Part shown: positions 9,301-18,161 of the stretch, piece after piece
Layout: each line of letters starts with the position of its first letter
Position numbering within the stretch: the first letter of the stretch is position 1
Assembly (NCBI GenBank): GCA_964581145.1
Contig: CAZONU010000004.1
Location: forward strand, 1 to 32,463
Direction of reading: 5' to 3'
Length of the DNA stretch: 32,463 nucleotides
Source of the DNA: an uncultured Planctomycetia bacterium
GTDB lineage: Bacteria; Planctomycetota; SZUA-567; JAKLDR01
The notes under the pieces: generated by a model
Database searches by the model: none
Seen by the model: the letters and a program-made list of their open reading frames with translations, nothing else
Told to the model about the DNA's origin: nothing
Made by a program: the position numbers and the translations under genes

Positions 9301-11018
9301 CTGATGGTCGCGTTGCGGCCGGTGGGGGCCCGGATCCGGGTCTGCATGACCACGATCCCGGTATCCGCCGGGGTGTGCGTGGTCGGTCCGGGGTCATTGC
9401 CGCCCTTGGAGAAGGTCACCGCCGCGGCGTCCATGTTGACCACCACGTCGTTGAGTATGTCGATGCGGGTGCCGCCGATGGGGAATGTGCCCGTGGCGGG
9501 CACGGGACTTCCGTCTGAGGAGGCCTCGGCGGTCACATGACCGGCTTGGGCCAGCCGGACCATCATGCCCTCCTGGTCGGTCCCCGTGCCCGAAAGGTCA
9601 ATTACGGCAATGAAGTTGACCGTGCTGCCGGCCTGGAGCGCGCGGTACTCGTTGTCCAGCAGGTTGAAGGTGATAGTGGTGTCCTGACCGCCGGGAACCC
9701 AGGTCACAGTGTTCCCCACCTGCGGATCGGTAGCCGCGTCCAATTCTCCGTCGCCGTCGTTGTCCCGGTACAGCCGGATATCGACGACGTCCCCGGCCTC
9801 GAACTCGTTGGCCGCCGGACCGACGTAAGTGCAGGTGAGAGTCAGGCTGGTGAGATCGACGTCCCCTCCCACCAGCCCGGCATTGCAGGCCAACTGCAGC
9901 AGCGTCTTGTCCTGGCCGCCTGCACCGACTATCTGGTAGGTGACATCGGGGTTGTTGTCGCCCAGGGCCACGCCCAGCGACGGGCTGTTGGAGATGGTGG
10001 TGGTGTTGCTGCCGACCGCGGGGCCCACAATCGGCGGCGACCCGGTAGCGGTCACGCCACCGGGCACGATGCTCAGAGAGTAAGTGTCCCCCACCGTCGC
10101 GCTCGAGAAGTTGTAGACCACGACGAAGTGGCCCTTGGAACCCCCGCTGATGACCGAGCTGAAACCGCTGAAACTTAGCGTGGCTCCAGGGCTGTTGATG
10201 GTGGCCAGCAGCGAGTCGCCGCCGAGCTGCAGCTTGCCGTCGGCGTTGTTGTCGCGGTACAGCCTGGCGCTGGACACGTTGCTCATCGCGCCGGCCGTGC
10301 CGGTGTGCGTAAAGGTCAGCGCGGTGACAGTGTAGCTGCCTGCCCGCACGCCCGCCTCGATTTCCAGTTGGTTTAGGACGACGTCGCTCTGGTCCGTACC
10401 AGCGGTCTGGGTAGGCGCGGTCTTGGGGCCGAGCGCGATCTTCAGGTCGCCGATAGCGATGGCGTGGTTGAAGCTTTCGCCGTCCCCTCCCGGGGGGGTA
10501 GGGTCCTCCTGGTTGTCACCCAGGCCGTAGTCGATGACGTAGCTGCCGGGCGTCTCGCCGGCGGGTATGGTGATGGTTCCCGTTATAGTTACTAATTCGG
10601 CGGTTTCGATGTCGATGAGGCCGGTGGTCCCACCCCACCAGTAGGTGCTGGCCCCCGAGCCCCAGTAACCCTCCGCGTCGCCGGCCTTGCCGGCGGCGTA
10701 GTTAACCTCCCCGGCCAGCCGGCGGCTCTGGCTGGTGAAGTCCATGGAGTTGTTCTTGACGCCCCAATTGTTGCGCATCCGGATGTACACGAAGCCCTCG
10801 GCGCCTAAGGCAACGCCGGGCATGTTCGCATAGATGGTCACAGGAATCTCGCCGCCGGGGACGCCATACGCCGGCTGATTGATGCCCCTGTCGGCCAGAG
10901 TGGTCTCGAACTGCAGACAGCCGACCGCGGCCAGCAAGCCGACCAAGAGTGCCAGGCGCGGGGCGATGAACCACCGCCCGCGGGCGCCCGACGGATTTCC
11001 CAGGCGTTGCTTTGTCAC
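6327..11018 (-). CDS. giant secreted repeat protein B (~1563 aa): six ~165-aa beta-sandwich-like repeats with Dx[DN]x[DN]G loops, one beta-helical module, and the shared C-terminal PTA domain
   Basis: GTG11018 after GAGGGGGA; signal or lipoprotein-like leader RLALLVGLLAAVGC; repeat cores LYRDNNADG, LYRDNDGDG, FYRDVDGDG, LYNDVNSNG, LYKDVDGNG, LARDNGDG. Confidence 0.85.
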   Translation of the reverse strand: MTKQRLGNPSGARGRWFIAPRLALLVGLLAAVGCLQFETTLADRGINQPAYGVPGGEIPVTIYANMPGVALGAEGFVYIRMRNNWGVKNNSMDFTSQSRRLAGEVNYAAGKAGDAEGYWGSGASTYWWGGTTGLIDIETAELVTITGTITIPAGETPGSYVIDYGLGDNQEDPTPPGGDGESFNHAIAIGDLKIALGPKTAPTQTAGTDQSDVVLNQLEIEAGVRAGSYTVTALTFTHTGTAGAMSNVSSARLYRDNNADGKLQLGGDSLLATINSPGATLSFSGFSSVISGGSKGHFVVVYNFSSATVGDTYSLSIVPGGVTATGSPPIVGPAVGSNTTTISNSPSLGVALGDNNPDVTYQIVGAGGQDKTLLQLACNAGLVGGDVDLTSLTLTCTYVGPAANEFEAGDVVDIRLYRDNDGDGELDAATDPQVGNTVTWVPGGQDTTITFNLLDNEYRALQAGSTVNFIAVIDLSGTGTDQEGMMVRLAQAGHVTAEASSDGSPVPATGTFPIGGTRIDILNDVVVNMDAAAVTFSKGGNDPGPTTHTPADTGIVVMQTRIRAPTGRNATISDLVIWNSGTITGSTDVTAVRFYRDVDGDGTVNGGDFEIANGTFNTYNPAPPPATDPNGCRIQISGGYQIPAGEEQTFLFVLDLSGTGSAGETIKLALLDPSDYNDIPSDVTVDNPNAEANLYNGPVLQESSTITLQTSTLTVAAGLQMPPAKGIPANAQKEEVLQLKLTAGALADVTVTEIKFDASGTGHDSTDLQTVHLYNDVNSNGQYDAGTDPSISSGTYSGDNGLITLSGLSEVINAGQTESWLLVYDFKDPGTASGGETFQAQLASNNSITAGAASVSGAPVVSNVLTVNSTGTLTFTAGPANPADGNIAQGQLDVVTLQLQAAANGVEDVEISQIDLTHSGSALDADVVSIELYKDVDGNGVLSGPDVQLGSTLASFGGGTMSFSGDDEFPVTVPAGGNVKFILVFDMAGGATLGRTLIEKLNANADVTATGVSSGQPASKIGAPVPGGTLTVNQVSSLTLAAGASNPGDSYVQDNEQDVSMIQVKLTAGASGAVDVTSIRFKASGTGNDNTDISNPILLARDNGDGVYNAGDDPTIDTVAPPANDGYFTFNFAAERINASSSVNWIVVYDLNGAASGNETFKVSLLNNSDVTVTDVNTGGPLTPSGAPVSGGLKTIASVTAITWNGSVNADFNLPGNYNEAVGPGPSIDVTVPNVGTKPIVSANGDAKVLTVAANSSVKVEPGKLLTCYGNVTVSGTMELQGNSTLRLGADTTFSTGTGSTFKVAGTSQLAGGYATVEASSGTYAMTLAGNVDLRFARFYDLNSGGLTLSASSTTTVFDNVLFYDGAAGATPYLRVTGAAWNGHNFYGMGFSDVGGTKTRAVEITTGGTVTLSQYGSGAGWLSGDATDMETSGTITWAPTAAEGLEARVQRTARGTLVTWSAAGERGTAGYRVLRRRVERHGGLIEEEAGGAAPRGERFEKFTGAWREVDRVPVRAPGGEPGGQCYRHRDKAPPGTYEYLIEEIEACGRRGKVAPARREGESQ
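6576..6944. repeat. 369-bp exact direct repeat, copy 1 (copy 2 at 11273-11641)
   Basis: Base-by-base comparison at offset 4697; diverged homology extends to ~6385 and ~7200. Confidence 0.93.
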
Positions 11019-11032
11019 GCTTCCCCCTCGAC

Positions 11033-14000
11033 TCAGAAGCCCCTGACGGCCCGGACGCGGCGCCCGGGCCTGCCGCTGCCTTCCACTTCCTCGATCAGGT
11101 ACTCGCACTTGCCCGGCGAGGTCTTGTCGTGGAAGCGGTAGCGCTGCCCGCCGGGCTCCCCGCCGGGGGCGCGGACCGGGACTCTGTCCACCTCGCACCA
11201 GGCGCCCCGGAACTTCTCAATGCGCTCTCCGCGCGGCGCCGCACCGGCGGCTTCCTCCTCGAGCAGCCCGCTGTGGCGCTCGACCCGGCGGCGCAGCACG
11301 CGGTAGCCGGCGGTGCCCCGCTCGCCCGCGGCGCTCCAGGTGACCAGCGTCCCGCGCGCCGTTCTCTGAACGCGGGCCTCCAGGCCCTCCGCGGCGGTCG
11401 GGGCCCAGGTGATCGTTCCGGAGGTTTCCATGTCGGTAGCGTCTCCGGAGAGCCAGCCGGCGCCGGAGCCGTATTGGCTGAGGGTCACCGTGCCCCCGGT
11501 GGTGATCTCCACCGCCCGGGTCTTGGTGCCGCCGACGTCGCTGAACCCCATCCCGTAGAAGTTGTGCCCGTTCCAAGCCGCGCCGGTGACTCGCAGGTAA
11601 GGCGTGGCTCCCGCGGCCCCGTCGTAGAAGAGCACGTTGTCGAATATCGTGGTGGTGGAAGCGGCCGAGAGCGTGACCCCGTTGGAGTTCAGGTCGTAGA
11701 ATCGCGCGAAGGTTACGTCCACGTTGCCGGCCAGGGTCATCGAGTAAGCGCCGCTGACAGCCTCAATGGTCGCGTAGCCCCCGGCCTGCTGACTGGTCCC
11801 CGAGACCGTGAATGTGCTGCCCGTGTTAGCGGTGAACGTGGTGCCGCTGGCCATGCGCAGCTTGCTGTTGGTGCTCAGCACCAGGGTCCCGCTGAGGGTC
11901 GTGCTGGTGCTGAGCGAGAGAATCTTGCCCGAACTCACCGTGACCTGCGACCCGGCGGCCACGGAGAGGACGTTGCTGACCGTGATGTTCGTGTTCAGCG
12001 TCACCGTGCTGCTGTTGGTTACCGTCAGGTTGTAGAGGGTCGGGATCACCGTGCCGGCAATCGCCTGCGACGCGCCGGCATTGAGCGTTACCAGTCCGCC
12101 GCTGGCGATCACGGACTCGTTGCTGGTCCAGTCGCCAGTGCTGCGCAGTTCGCCGCTCGAAAGGGTCAGGGTGGCGCCGCTGCTCACCGTGATGCTGCCG
12201 GCAACGGTCAGGAGGTCCGTGCCCGCATCTATGATCAGCGTTCCGCCGCTGCCCACCTCCAGGGTCTGACACTGGGCGGTAGCCACGTTGACGTTACAGG
12301 GGTTCGCAGCGGTGCCTATGAAGACGTTGTCGGTGGCAATGGGAACCGAGTTGCCGGACCAGTTGGTCGGCTCGCTCCAGTTGGAGTTGGTGCTGCCGTC
12401 CCATATTTTCTGGTTCTCCCACTTGATAGTGGTGCCAGGATCGTTGTCGTAACCTTCACCGGCCTTTGCGCCGGTGGCCCCGATCATGACGATCTTGTCA
12501 GCCTGGACGATGGCAGCCGCCACGTTGTACTGGCAGTTGCTGTCGAAGTCGCAGCCGGCGAAAGAGTAGGTGGTCGTGCTCGTGTCCTGCACCCGCAGGT
12601 AGGTGCCGGTGGAGAGCCCGTTGTTACAGTCCAGGTTGTCGATATCGACGATGGTCGCACCGTCATTGATGGTCAGGCCGTCGGCATTGGGGTAGTTCAG
12701 GTTGAGGGCGTCGATTTCGATGGTCCCGTTGACCGTGAACGCGTAGCGCGTCGAGCCGTTCCAGGTCACGGTGGGCGTGAGCCCCAGAGCGGTGAACTTG
12801 CCGTTGGTGCCTCCGGAATCGACGCTCAGCGAGGCGCCCAGCGCGATCGTGCTGCTACCGTTCATGTAGAGTTCCCCGCCGGCCTTGACTGCCGCGGATC
12901 CGGAAGCGTTGAGGGTTCCCCCGGCGTTGACCTCCAGCTTTCCGTAAATGTCCGTGGTCCCGGTCACGAAACAGGAACCGGTGCCCAGGTCCAGGGTGCC
13001 GGAGGTGAGGGTAAGGTTGCCGTTAAGCACGATATTGCCGCCGAGCAGCGCCTCTTTGCCGCTCTTGTTGATCTCCAGGTGATTGAACGTCTCTGCGGGA
13101 ATCGTCTGGTCGGCGGTGGTCGAATAGAAGCTGACAGTTCCCGCGTTGGCGTTGAACGTTCCGGAGCGCAGCCAGGAACCTCCCGCCTTCAACGTGGTGG
13201 TGGCGCTGGACATGGTCAGCGTTCCCCCGGAACTCACCGTCACGTTGCCGGAGACGGTCAAGGTCGTGGAGGCCGTGGACATGGTCAGCAGGCCGCCGCT
13301 CTGGATGGTTAAGGTTGCGCACTGCCCGTTTACATTGAGAACCGGGTCGTTTGTCGCGCTGGGAATGATGACCGCGTCGGAGGCCTCCGGGACCGTTCCC
13401 TTGTCCCAGTTCTCCGCTACGTTCCAGAGGGTCGGGTTGGTTGCGTCGTCTCCCTGCCAGATGTGGGCGTCGGTCCAGGTTATGTTGGCGTCGACCGTTC
13501 CGTCGTAGTCCTCGGGGTCGGTGGTTCCCTTTCCCTCGGTGGCGCTGACCATGGCTATGCTGGCCCCGTTGGGGGCCACCACGTTCCAGTTGTGATTGGC
13601 GTCGAAGCTATGGCCGGTGAGGTTGTACGAACCGGAGGCGTGCCCGATCCAGAGGTAGCGTGAGGCCGCCCCGTTCTGTCCGTTGGTGTAGGTCACGCTG
13701 TCCAGGGCCTGGATGGTCGCGGTGTTCTGGATGGTCAGGCCATTGTCGTTGGGACGGTTGACCGTCAAGCCGTCGGCGTTGATGGTCCCGTCGATGTTTA
13801 TCCCGAAATAACTGCCGGCGCCGGTGGAGGCCAGCGTACCTCCCGAGCAGGTAATGACGCCGTCCACGTCCAGGGCCCCGCCGTTCGCGAAGGTCAGGGT
13901 GGACGAGCCCAGCGCGAGAGTCCCGGCGAACACGTTGAACTGGTTGTTGACGGTGACTCCCGCGGCCAGGGTTACCGTGCTGCCGTTGACGTCGATGTTG

Positions 14001-17000
14001 TAGTAGTTGCCGGGGTTGGGGATAGTCTGGGTGGTGCCGTTGAACTCCACGGTGCCGGCGCCGGCCGTGAAGGTGCCGGTGCTGGTGAAAGTGTTCTTGG
14101 CCTTGATTCGCCCGGTGTCGAGGTCCAGCGTACCGGAGTTGGTGACGTTGCCCTCCACCGTGATGGTGAACGCTCCCAGGTTCAGCGATGCGGTGTTGTT
14201 GATGATCAGGTTGTTCTTGACGGTGACGTCCGCGGTCAAGGTGCAGGCGCCGTCGATGGTCAGGTTGTAGTAGGTCACCGCCGGCACGTTGGCCGTGCCC
14301 TTCAGCACCACGGTGGAGGTGCCGTAGTTGAAAGTGGTTGGCGCCGCCGTCCAGGAGCCAGTGGTTGTCAGCGTCGTGCCGGTGCCGGCGTTTATCGTGG
14401 CGCCGGTGGGGTTGAAGGTACCCAGGGCGGTGACGCTGTCACCGTTGGTGATGGTCATGATCCCGGAGACGGTCAGGTTGTCGAAGGTCTCGGTCCCCGC
14501 GCTGCCGGTGGCCTTGTCGACGATGGTGGTCCCGTTGAAGATAAGCGTCCCGCTGGTGGTGCCGCTCTGCAGCGTGAAGGTTCCGTCGTTGGTCCAGTTG
14601 CCGCCTACGGTTAGGGAGTCCTCGTTGTTGAGATTGACGGTTCCCCCGCTCTGAATCCTGAAGTACTCGCCAACTGTCAGGGCGTTGCCGGCGCCCGTTA
14701 CGTACAGCACCCCGCTCGACGTGCCGTCGATCACGATGCCCTTGCATGTTGCGCCGGCCACGTTAACGTAGCATTGCCGGTTGGACGTTGGCGGGCCGAT
14801 GATGCGAACGTAATCAGCGGCGGTGGGCACTCCGGTGGGCGACCAGTTGCCGGTGACGTTCCACTTGTCCCGGTTGCTCGGGGGTCCTCCGGAGGCCCCC
14901 TGCCAGCTCTTTTCGTCGTACCAGTTGATATGGTTGCCGGTGTCGTCGTCGTTGGCCTCTCCGTTGGTCGCCCCGCCGAAGGCACCGCTGGTGCCCACCA
15001 TGTTGAGGGTGATCCCGCTGGCCGCGGGTACGTAGACGTTGTTCTGTACTGTGTTGTCCAGGACGCAGCCCGAGGAGAAATACACGGTGGTGCCCAGGTC
15101 CAGAACGCGCAGGTGGCGGCCGGTGGCGGCCACACCGTTGGTGAAGTTGATGTTGTCTATGGCGGTTATCAGCGCGCCGTCGTTGACCGTCAGGCCGCTG
15201 GCGTCGTAGTAGCTCATGTTCAGGGCGGTGACGTTGATCGCCCCGCTGACGGCGAAGGCGTATCGGTTGGCCCCGTCCCAGGTGACCGTGGGAGTGGAAC
15301 CGGCGGCGATGAACGTACCGTCAATGGCGCCGTCGTCCACCGCCAGCCCGTTGGTCGAGAGCCGCAGGAAGCAGGCCCCGTTCATGTTCAACTCGCCGCC
15401 GGCCTTGACCGTCACCTTGCCGCTGCAGGTGATGTCGCTGCCGGCTACCAGCATCAGCTTGCCGAAGACGTCCGTGGTGCTTGATACTGTGTGAGTGTAA
15501 TTGCCCAGGTTAAAGGTGCCGAGGGTGACCGTCAAGTTGCCGTTAATCGTGAGCGCGCCGGTGGCCGTGGCCGTCAGAGCTTCGAGCTTGTCAATTTCCA
15601 GGTTGTTGAAGGTCTCAACCGGTACGTCTTGGTCCACGGCCTGACTGTGGAACACCACGGTGCCGGCAGAGGCGGTGAACGTGCCGCTGTTGTCCCATAT
15701 CCCGCCGCACTTGAAGACCGTGCCGCTGGCGGTCATGGACAGTGTGCCGCCCAGGTCGATCTGCAGACGGCCGCCCATTTTGCGGCCGCGGATCTCCAGT
15801 GTCTTGTTGGCCACCGACATGCTCACGGTGGCGCCGTTCTGGATGGTGAGCGTGTAGCACTCGGCGTCCACGTCCACCGTGGGCTGGTTGGCCACGTTGG
15901 GAATGGTTATCACCGCGTCGCCGGAAGGCACCACCCCCGTGTTCCAGTTCTCGGCTACGGACCAGAGAGTGGGGCTGGTGGCGTCATCCCCTTGCCAGGT
16001 AATGGGGTTCGCCCACGTGATGTTGGCGTCTATTGCCCCGTCGTTGGCCTCGCCGTTGGTTACCCCGCCCTTGGCCCCCGATGAGTCGATCATGGCCACC
16101 TTGATGCCGCTGGGCGCGGTAACGTTCACGTTGCAGTTGGCGTCTATGACGTGTCCCACGAACGAAACCGCCCCCGAGCCCTGGCCCATGTAGAGGTAGC
16201 GGCTGGAAGCTCCGTTCTGTCCCGAGGCGTAGGTGATATTGTCCAGGCGGGTCACCGTCGCTCCCGATGAGATGGTCACGCCGTTGTCATCGGGGCGGGT
16301 GACGCTCATGGACCCGATATTGACGGTGCCATTGAAGGTGATGCCGAAGTAGGCCCCGGCTCCCGAGGAAGTCAGCGTTCCCCCGCCGCTTTCGATCGTG
16401 CCGTTCACGGTAATGGACGCGCCGCTGGCAAAGGTCATGGTGAAGTTCGACAGCCTGATCTTGCCCGTGCTGTCCACCACGAAGGTGTTGTTGACGACGG
16501 TGCTGCTGTCCGCCAGGGTCGCCGTGGAACCGGTTACCTGGAGGTCGTAGTAGCTGACGCCGGTAATGTTCTGCGTCGTACCGTTGTAGTTGAACGTGCC
16601 CGTGCCGCGGTTGTAGGTGCCCGATGTGAAGGAGCCCTTGAGGTTCACCGTGCCGGTGTTGTTGTTGAGCGTGCCGCCGGTGGTGTCCAGGTTGCCCTCG
16701 ACGGACAGGACGCCGCCGCCCACGCTGAGCGTTCCCGAGATGGTGGCGTTGCCCTTGACCGTGAGTGTGTAGCCGTTGAGATTCAGCGTGCCGCTGACCG
16801 TCAGGTCGTTGTCGACTGTCACGTTGCTGGTCAGGGTGTGCGTGCCCGAGACGATCACATTCCAGAAGTTGCCGCTGCCGGTGCCGCCCGAGCCGTCGTG
16901 GTCGATGTTGCCGGAGTTGTTGAAGTTGACCGTGCCCGAGTCCCCGCCGCCGATGTTGTAGCTGAAGCTGCCGTTGTTGTTCCAGTTGCCGCCGACGTAG

Positions 17001-17371
17001 AGTATGCAGGTGCCCCCGCTGCCGACTACGATGGTGCCCCCGCTGTTGACGGTCACGTTCCCGCTGACGGTGAGGTCGACGAGGTTTTGGATGGCTCTCA
17101 GGCTCATCGCGTTCTGGACGGTGAGCACGGCGCAGGCCCGGTCAGCGCCGTCAATCAGACAGATGCCTCCAGCTTCGGTGGCAATCGTAACCGTATCGCC
17201 AGCGACAGGGCCACCGTTGCCGGACATCGGCGTCCAGTTCTGCTTCTTGCTCCAGTTGTCGTTGTTACTGCCGTCCCAAGTATAACTTGCACCCAGCGCC
17301 GACCCGGAGATCAGCGCAAGCGCCAGCGCGCACGTTGCGGCTCGCCAGAGCCTAGCGGCTCCTCTGCCCAT
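11033..17371 (-). CDS. giant secreted beta-helical adhesin-like protein A (~2112 aa): five W-x-G...NW modules plus the shared C-terminal PTA domain
   Basis: ATG17371 after GGAGG; signal peptide ending ...ISGSALG|ASYTWDG; G/T/N/S-rich beta-strand repeats; no transmembrane anchor or barrel at the C-terminus. Confidence 0.87.
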   Translation of the reverse strand: MGRGAARLWRAATCALALALISGSALGASYTWDGSNNDNWSKKQNWTPMSGNGGPVAGDTVTIATEAGGICLIDGADRACAVLTVQNAMSLRAIQNLVDLTVSGNVTVNSGGTIVVGSGGTCILYVGGNWNNNGSFSYNIGGGDSGTVNFNNSGNIDHDGSGGTGSGNFWNVIVSGTHTLTSNVTVDNDLTVSGTLNLNGYTLTVKGNATISGTLSVGGGVLSVEGNLDTTGGTLNNNTGTVNLKGSFTSGTYNRGTGTFNYNGTTQNITGVSYYDLQVTGSTATLADSSTVVNNTFVVDSTGKIRLSNFTMTFASGASITVNGTIESGGGTLTSSGAGAYFGITFNGTVNIGSMSVTRPDDNGVTISSGATVTRLDNITYASGQNGASSRYLYMGQGSGAVSFVGHVIDANCNVNVTAPSGIKVAMIDSSGAKGGVTNGEANDGAIDANITWANPITWQGDDATSPTLWSVAENWNTGVVPSGDAVITIPNVANQPTVDVDAECYTLTIQNGATVSMSVANKTLEIRGRKMGGRLQIDLGGTLSMTASGTVFKCGGIWDNSGTFTASAGTVVFHSQAVDQDVPVETFNNLEIDKLEALTATATGALTINGNLTVTLGTFNLGNYTHTVSSTTDVFGKLMLVAGSDITCSGKVTVKAGGELNMNGACFLRLSTNGLAVDDGAIDGTFIAAGSTPTVTWDGANRYAFAVSGAINVTALNMSYYDASGLTVNDGALITAIDNINFTNGVAATGRHLRVLDLGTTVYFSSGCVLDNTVQNNVYVPAASGITLNMVGTSGAFGGATNGEANDDDTGNHINWYDEKSWQGASGGPPSNRDKWNVTGNWSPTGVPTAADYVRIIGPPTSNRQCYVNVAGATCKGIVIDGTSSGVLYVTGAGNALTVGEYFRIQSGGTVNLNNEDSLTVGGNWTNDGTFTLQSGTTSGTLIFNGTTIVDKATGSAGTETFDNLTVSGIMTITNGDSVTALGTFNPTGATINAGTGTTLTTTGSWTAAPTTFNYGTSTVVLKGTANVPAVTYYNLTIDGACTLTADVTVKNNLIINNTASLNLGAFTITVEGNVTNSGTLDLDTGRIKAKNTFTSTGTFTAGAGTVEFNGTTQTIPNPGNYYNIDVNGSTVTLAAGVTVNNQFNVFAGTLALGSSTLTFANGGALDVDGVITCSGGTLASTGAGSYFGINIDGTINADGLTVNRPNDNGLTIQNTATIQALDSVTYTNGQNGAASRYLWIGHASGSYNLTGHSFDANHNWNVVAPNGASIAMVSATEGKGTTDPEDYDGTVDANITWTDAHIWQGDDATNPTLWNVAENWDKGTVPEASDAVIIPSATNDPVLNVNGQCATLTIQSGGLLTMSTASTTLTVSGNVTVSSGGTLTMSSATTTLKAGGSWLRSGTFNANAGTVSFYSTTADQTIPAETFNHLEINKSGKEALLGGNIVLNGNLTLTSGTLDLGTGSCFVTGTTDIYGKLEVNAGGTLNASGSAAVKAGGELYMNGSSTIALGASLSVDSGGTNGKFTALGLTPTVTWNGSTRYAFTVNGTIEIDALNLNYPNADGLTINDGATIVDIDNLDCNNGLSTGTYLRVQDTSTTTYSFAGCDFDSNCQYNVAAAIVQADKIVMIGATGAKAGEGYDNDPGTTIKWENQKIWDGSTNSNWSEPTNWSGNSVPIATDNVFIGTAANPCNVNVATAQCQTLEVGSGGTLIIDAGTDLLTVAGSITVSSGATLTLSSGELRSTGDWTSNESVIASGGLVTLNAGASQAIAGTVIPTLYNLTVTNSSTVTLNTNITVSNVLSVAAGSQVTVSSGKILSLSTSTTLSGTLVLSTNSKLRMASGTTFTANTGSTFTVSGTSQQAGGYATIEAVSGAYSMTLAGNVDVTFARFYDLNSNGVTLSAASTTTIFDNVLFYDGAAGATPYLRVTGAAWNGHNFYGMGFSDVGGTKTRAVEITTGGTVTLSQYGSGAGWLSGDATDMETSGTITWAPTAAEGLEARVQRTARGTLVTWSAAGERGTAGYRVLRRRVERHSGLLEEEAAGAAPRGERIEKFRGAWCEVDRVPVRAPGGEPGGQRYRFHDKTSPGKCEYLIEEVEGSGRPGRRVRAVRGF
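11273..11641. repeat. 369-bp exact direct repeat, copy 2
   Basis: Identical to 6576-6944; encodes DNVLFYDGAAGATPYL...TITWAPTAAEGLEARV...RRRVERH in both giant proteins. Confidence 0.93.
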
Positions 17372-17443
17372 AGCGGTGCCTCCCTGCACCCGGTCGGGCA
17401 TGGTCGTCCCCCCGTACCGACCCATCACCTTACCTCATCATTA

Positions 17444-18100
17444 TCAATCGGCCGTTTTGGCCGAGTCCTTAACCTTCACAGCACCGACCGCCGGTTTCGG
17501 ACGGCTCTTGAAGAGCTTCTTGATCTTGCTCCGGAAGACGCTTAAATCAAAGGGCTTAGCGAGATGGTCGTCGGCTCCGGCCTCGAAGATCTCCTCTACG
17601 CTCTTCTCGTCGCGCAGGGCGGTTACGGCCATGATTTTGGCGCCCGCCAGCCGGGCGTCGGCCCGCATCCGCCGGCAGGCCTCGCGGCCGTCCACCCCGG
17701 GGAGCAGGATGTCCAGGATCACCAGGTCGGGCAGGAAGGAGCTGGCCAGGAAGCCGGCGTCGAAACCGTTGCGGGCCACCTGCACCTCCCAGCCGTCGCC
17801 GGTGAGCAGCTTCTCCATGAGATTAGCCATGCGCCGCTCGTCCTCGACCACCAGGGCGCGGCGCCCGGCGGGCGGCGCCTCCTGGGGCGCGGCCAGATCC
17901 GGCAGCGGAATCCCGTGTTTGCGGGCGAATTCGACTAGATGCTTTTTCGGTATGCGCCGGAATCGGGAGCCGGGCACCTTGTAGCCTTCCAGGTCGCCGG
18001 CGTCGAAGCGGCGGATTATGGTCATGTGACTCAGGCCGCAGAGGCGCGCGGCCTCCAGGGTGCTGAACCAGTCGTGTTCCTTTCTCCGGCGCCTGCCCAC
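17444..18100 (-). CDS. response regulator with N-terminal excisionase-type HTH (HTH_17) and C-terminal receiver domain
   Basis: FSTLEAARLCGLSHMTIIRRFDAGDLEGYKVPGSRFRRIP; receiver motifs LVVEDE, LVILDILLPGVDG, KPF; GTG18100 lies 8 nt after GGAGG. Confidence 0.9.
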   Translation of the reverse strand: MGRRRRKEHDWFSTLEAARLCGLSHMTIIRRFDAGDLEGYKVPGSRFRRIPKKHLVEFARKHGIPLPDLAAPQEAPPAGRRALVVEDERRMANLMEKLLTGDGWEVQVARNGFDAGFLASSFLPDLVILDILLPGVDGREACRRMRADARLAGAKIMAVTALRDEKSVEEIFEAGADDHLAKPFDLSVFRSKIKKLFKSRPKPAVGAVKVKDSAKTAD

Positions 18101-18161
18101 TAGCCACACCTCCGCATCACTCTAGTACTAACCCCCTCCAGAGGGGAAACCTTCCACTAAT

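Noticed and set aside
11033-11400. Protein A as a classical autotransporter (terminal Phe) or canonical T9SS cargo
   Set aside because: No ~300-aa beta-barrel, protein B with the same tail ends in Q, there is no T9SS terminal motif, and no por/spr genes are present here.
6381-11641. Repeat pair as a diversity-generating retroelement TR/VR
   Set aside because: Flank mismatches involve all bases rather than being adenine-specific, both copies are coding, and there is no reverse transcriptase in the window.
6285-13312. Long plus-strand ORFs (6285-9296, 11012-13312; likewise 2107-4218, 4246-6444, 28105-29847)
   Set aside because: Antisense shadows of GC3-biased genes with no recognisable motifs.
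17930-18100. Prophage or ICE excisionase
   Set aside because: The HTH is fused to a receiver domain, and no integrase, att site or phage genes are present.
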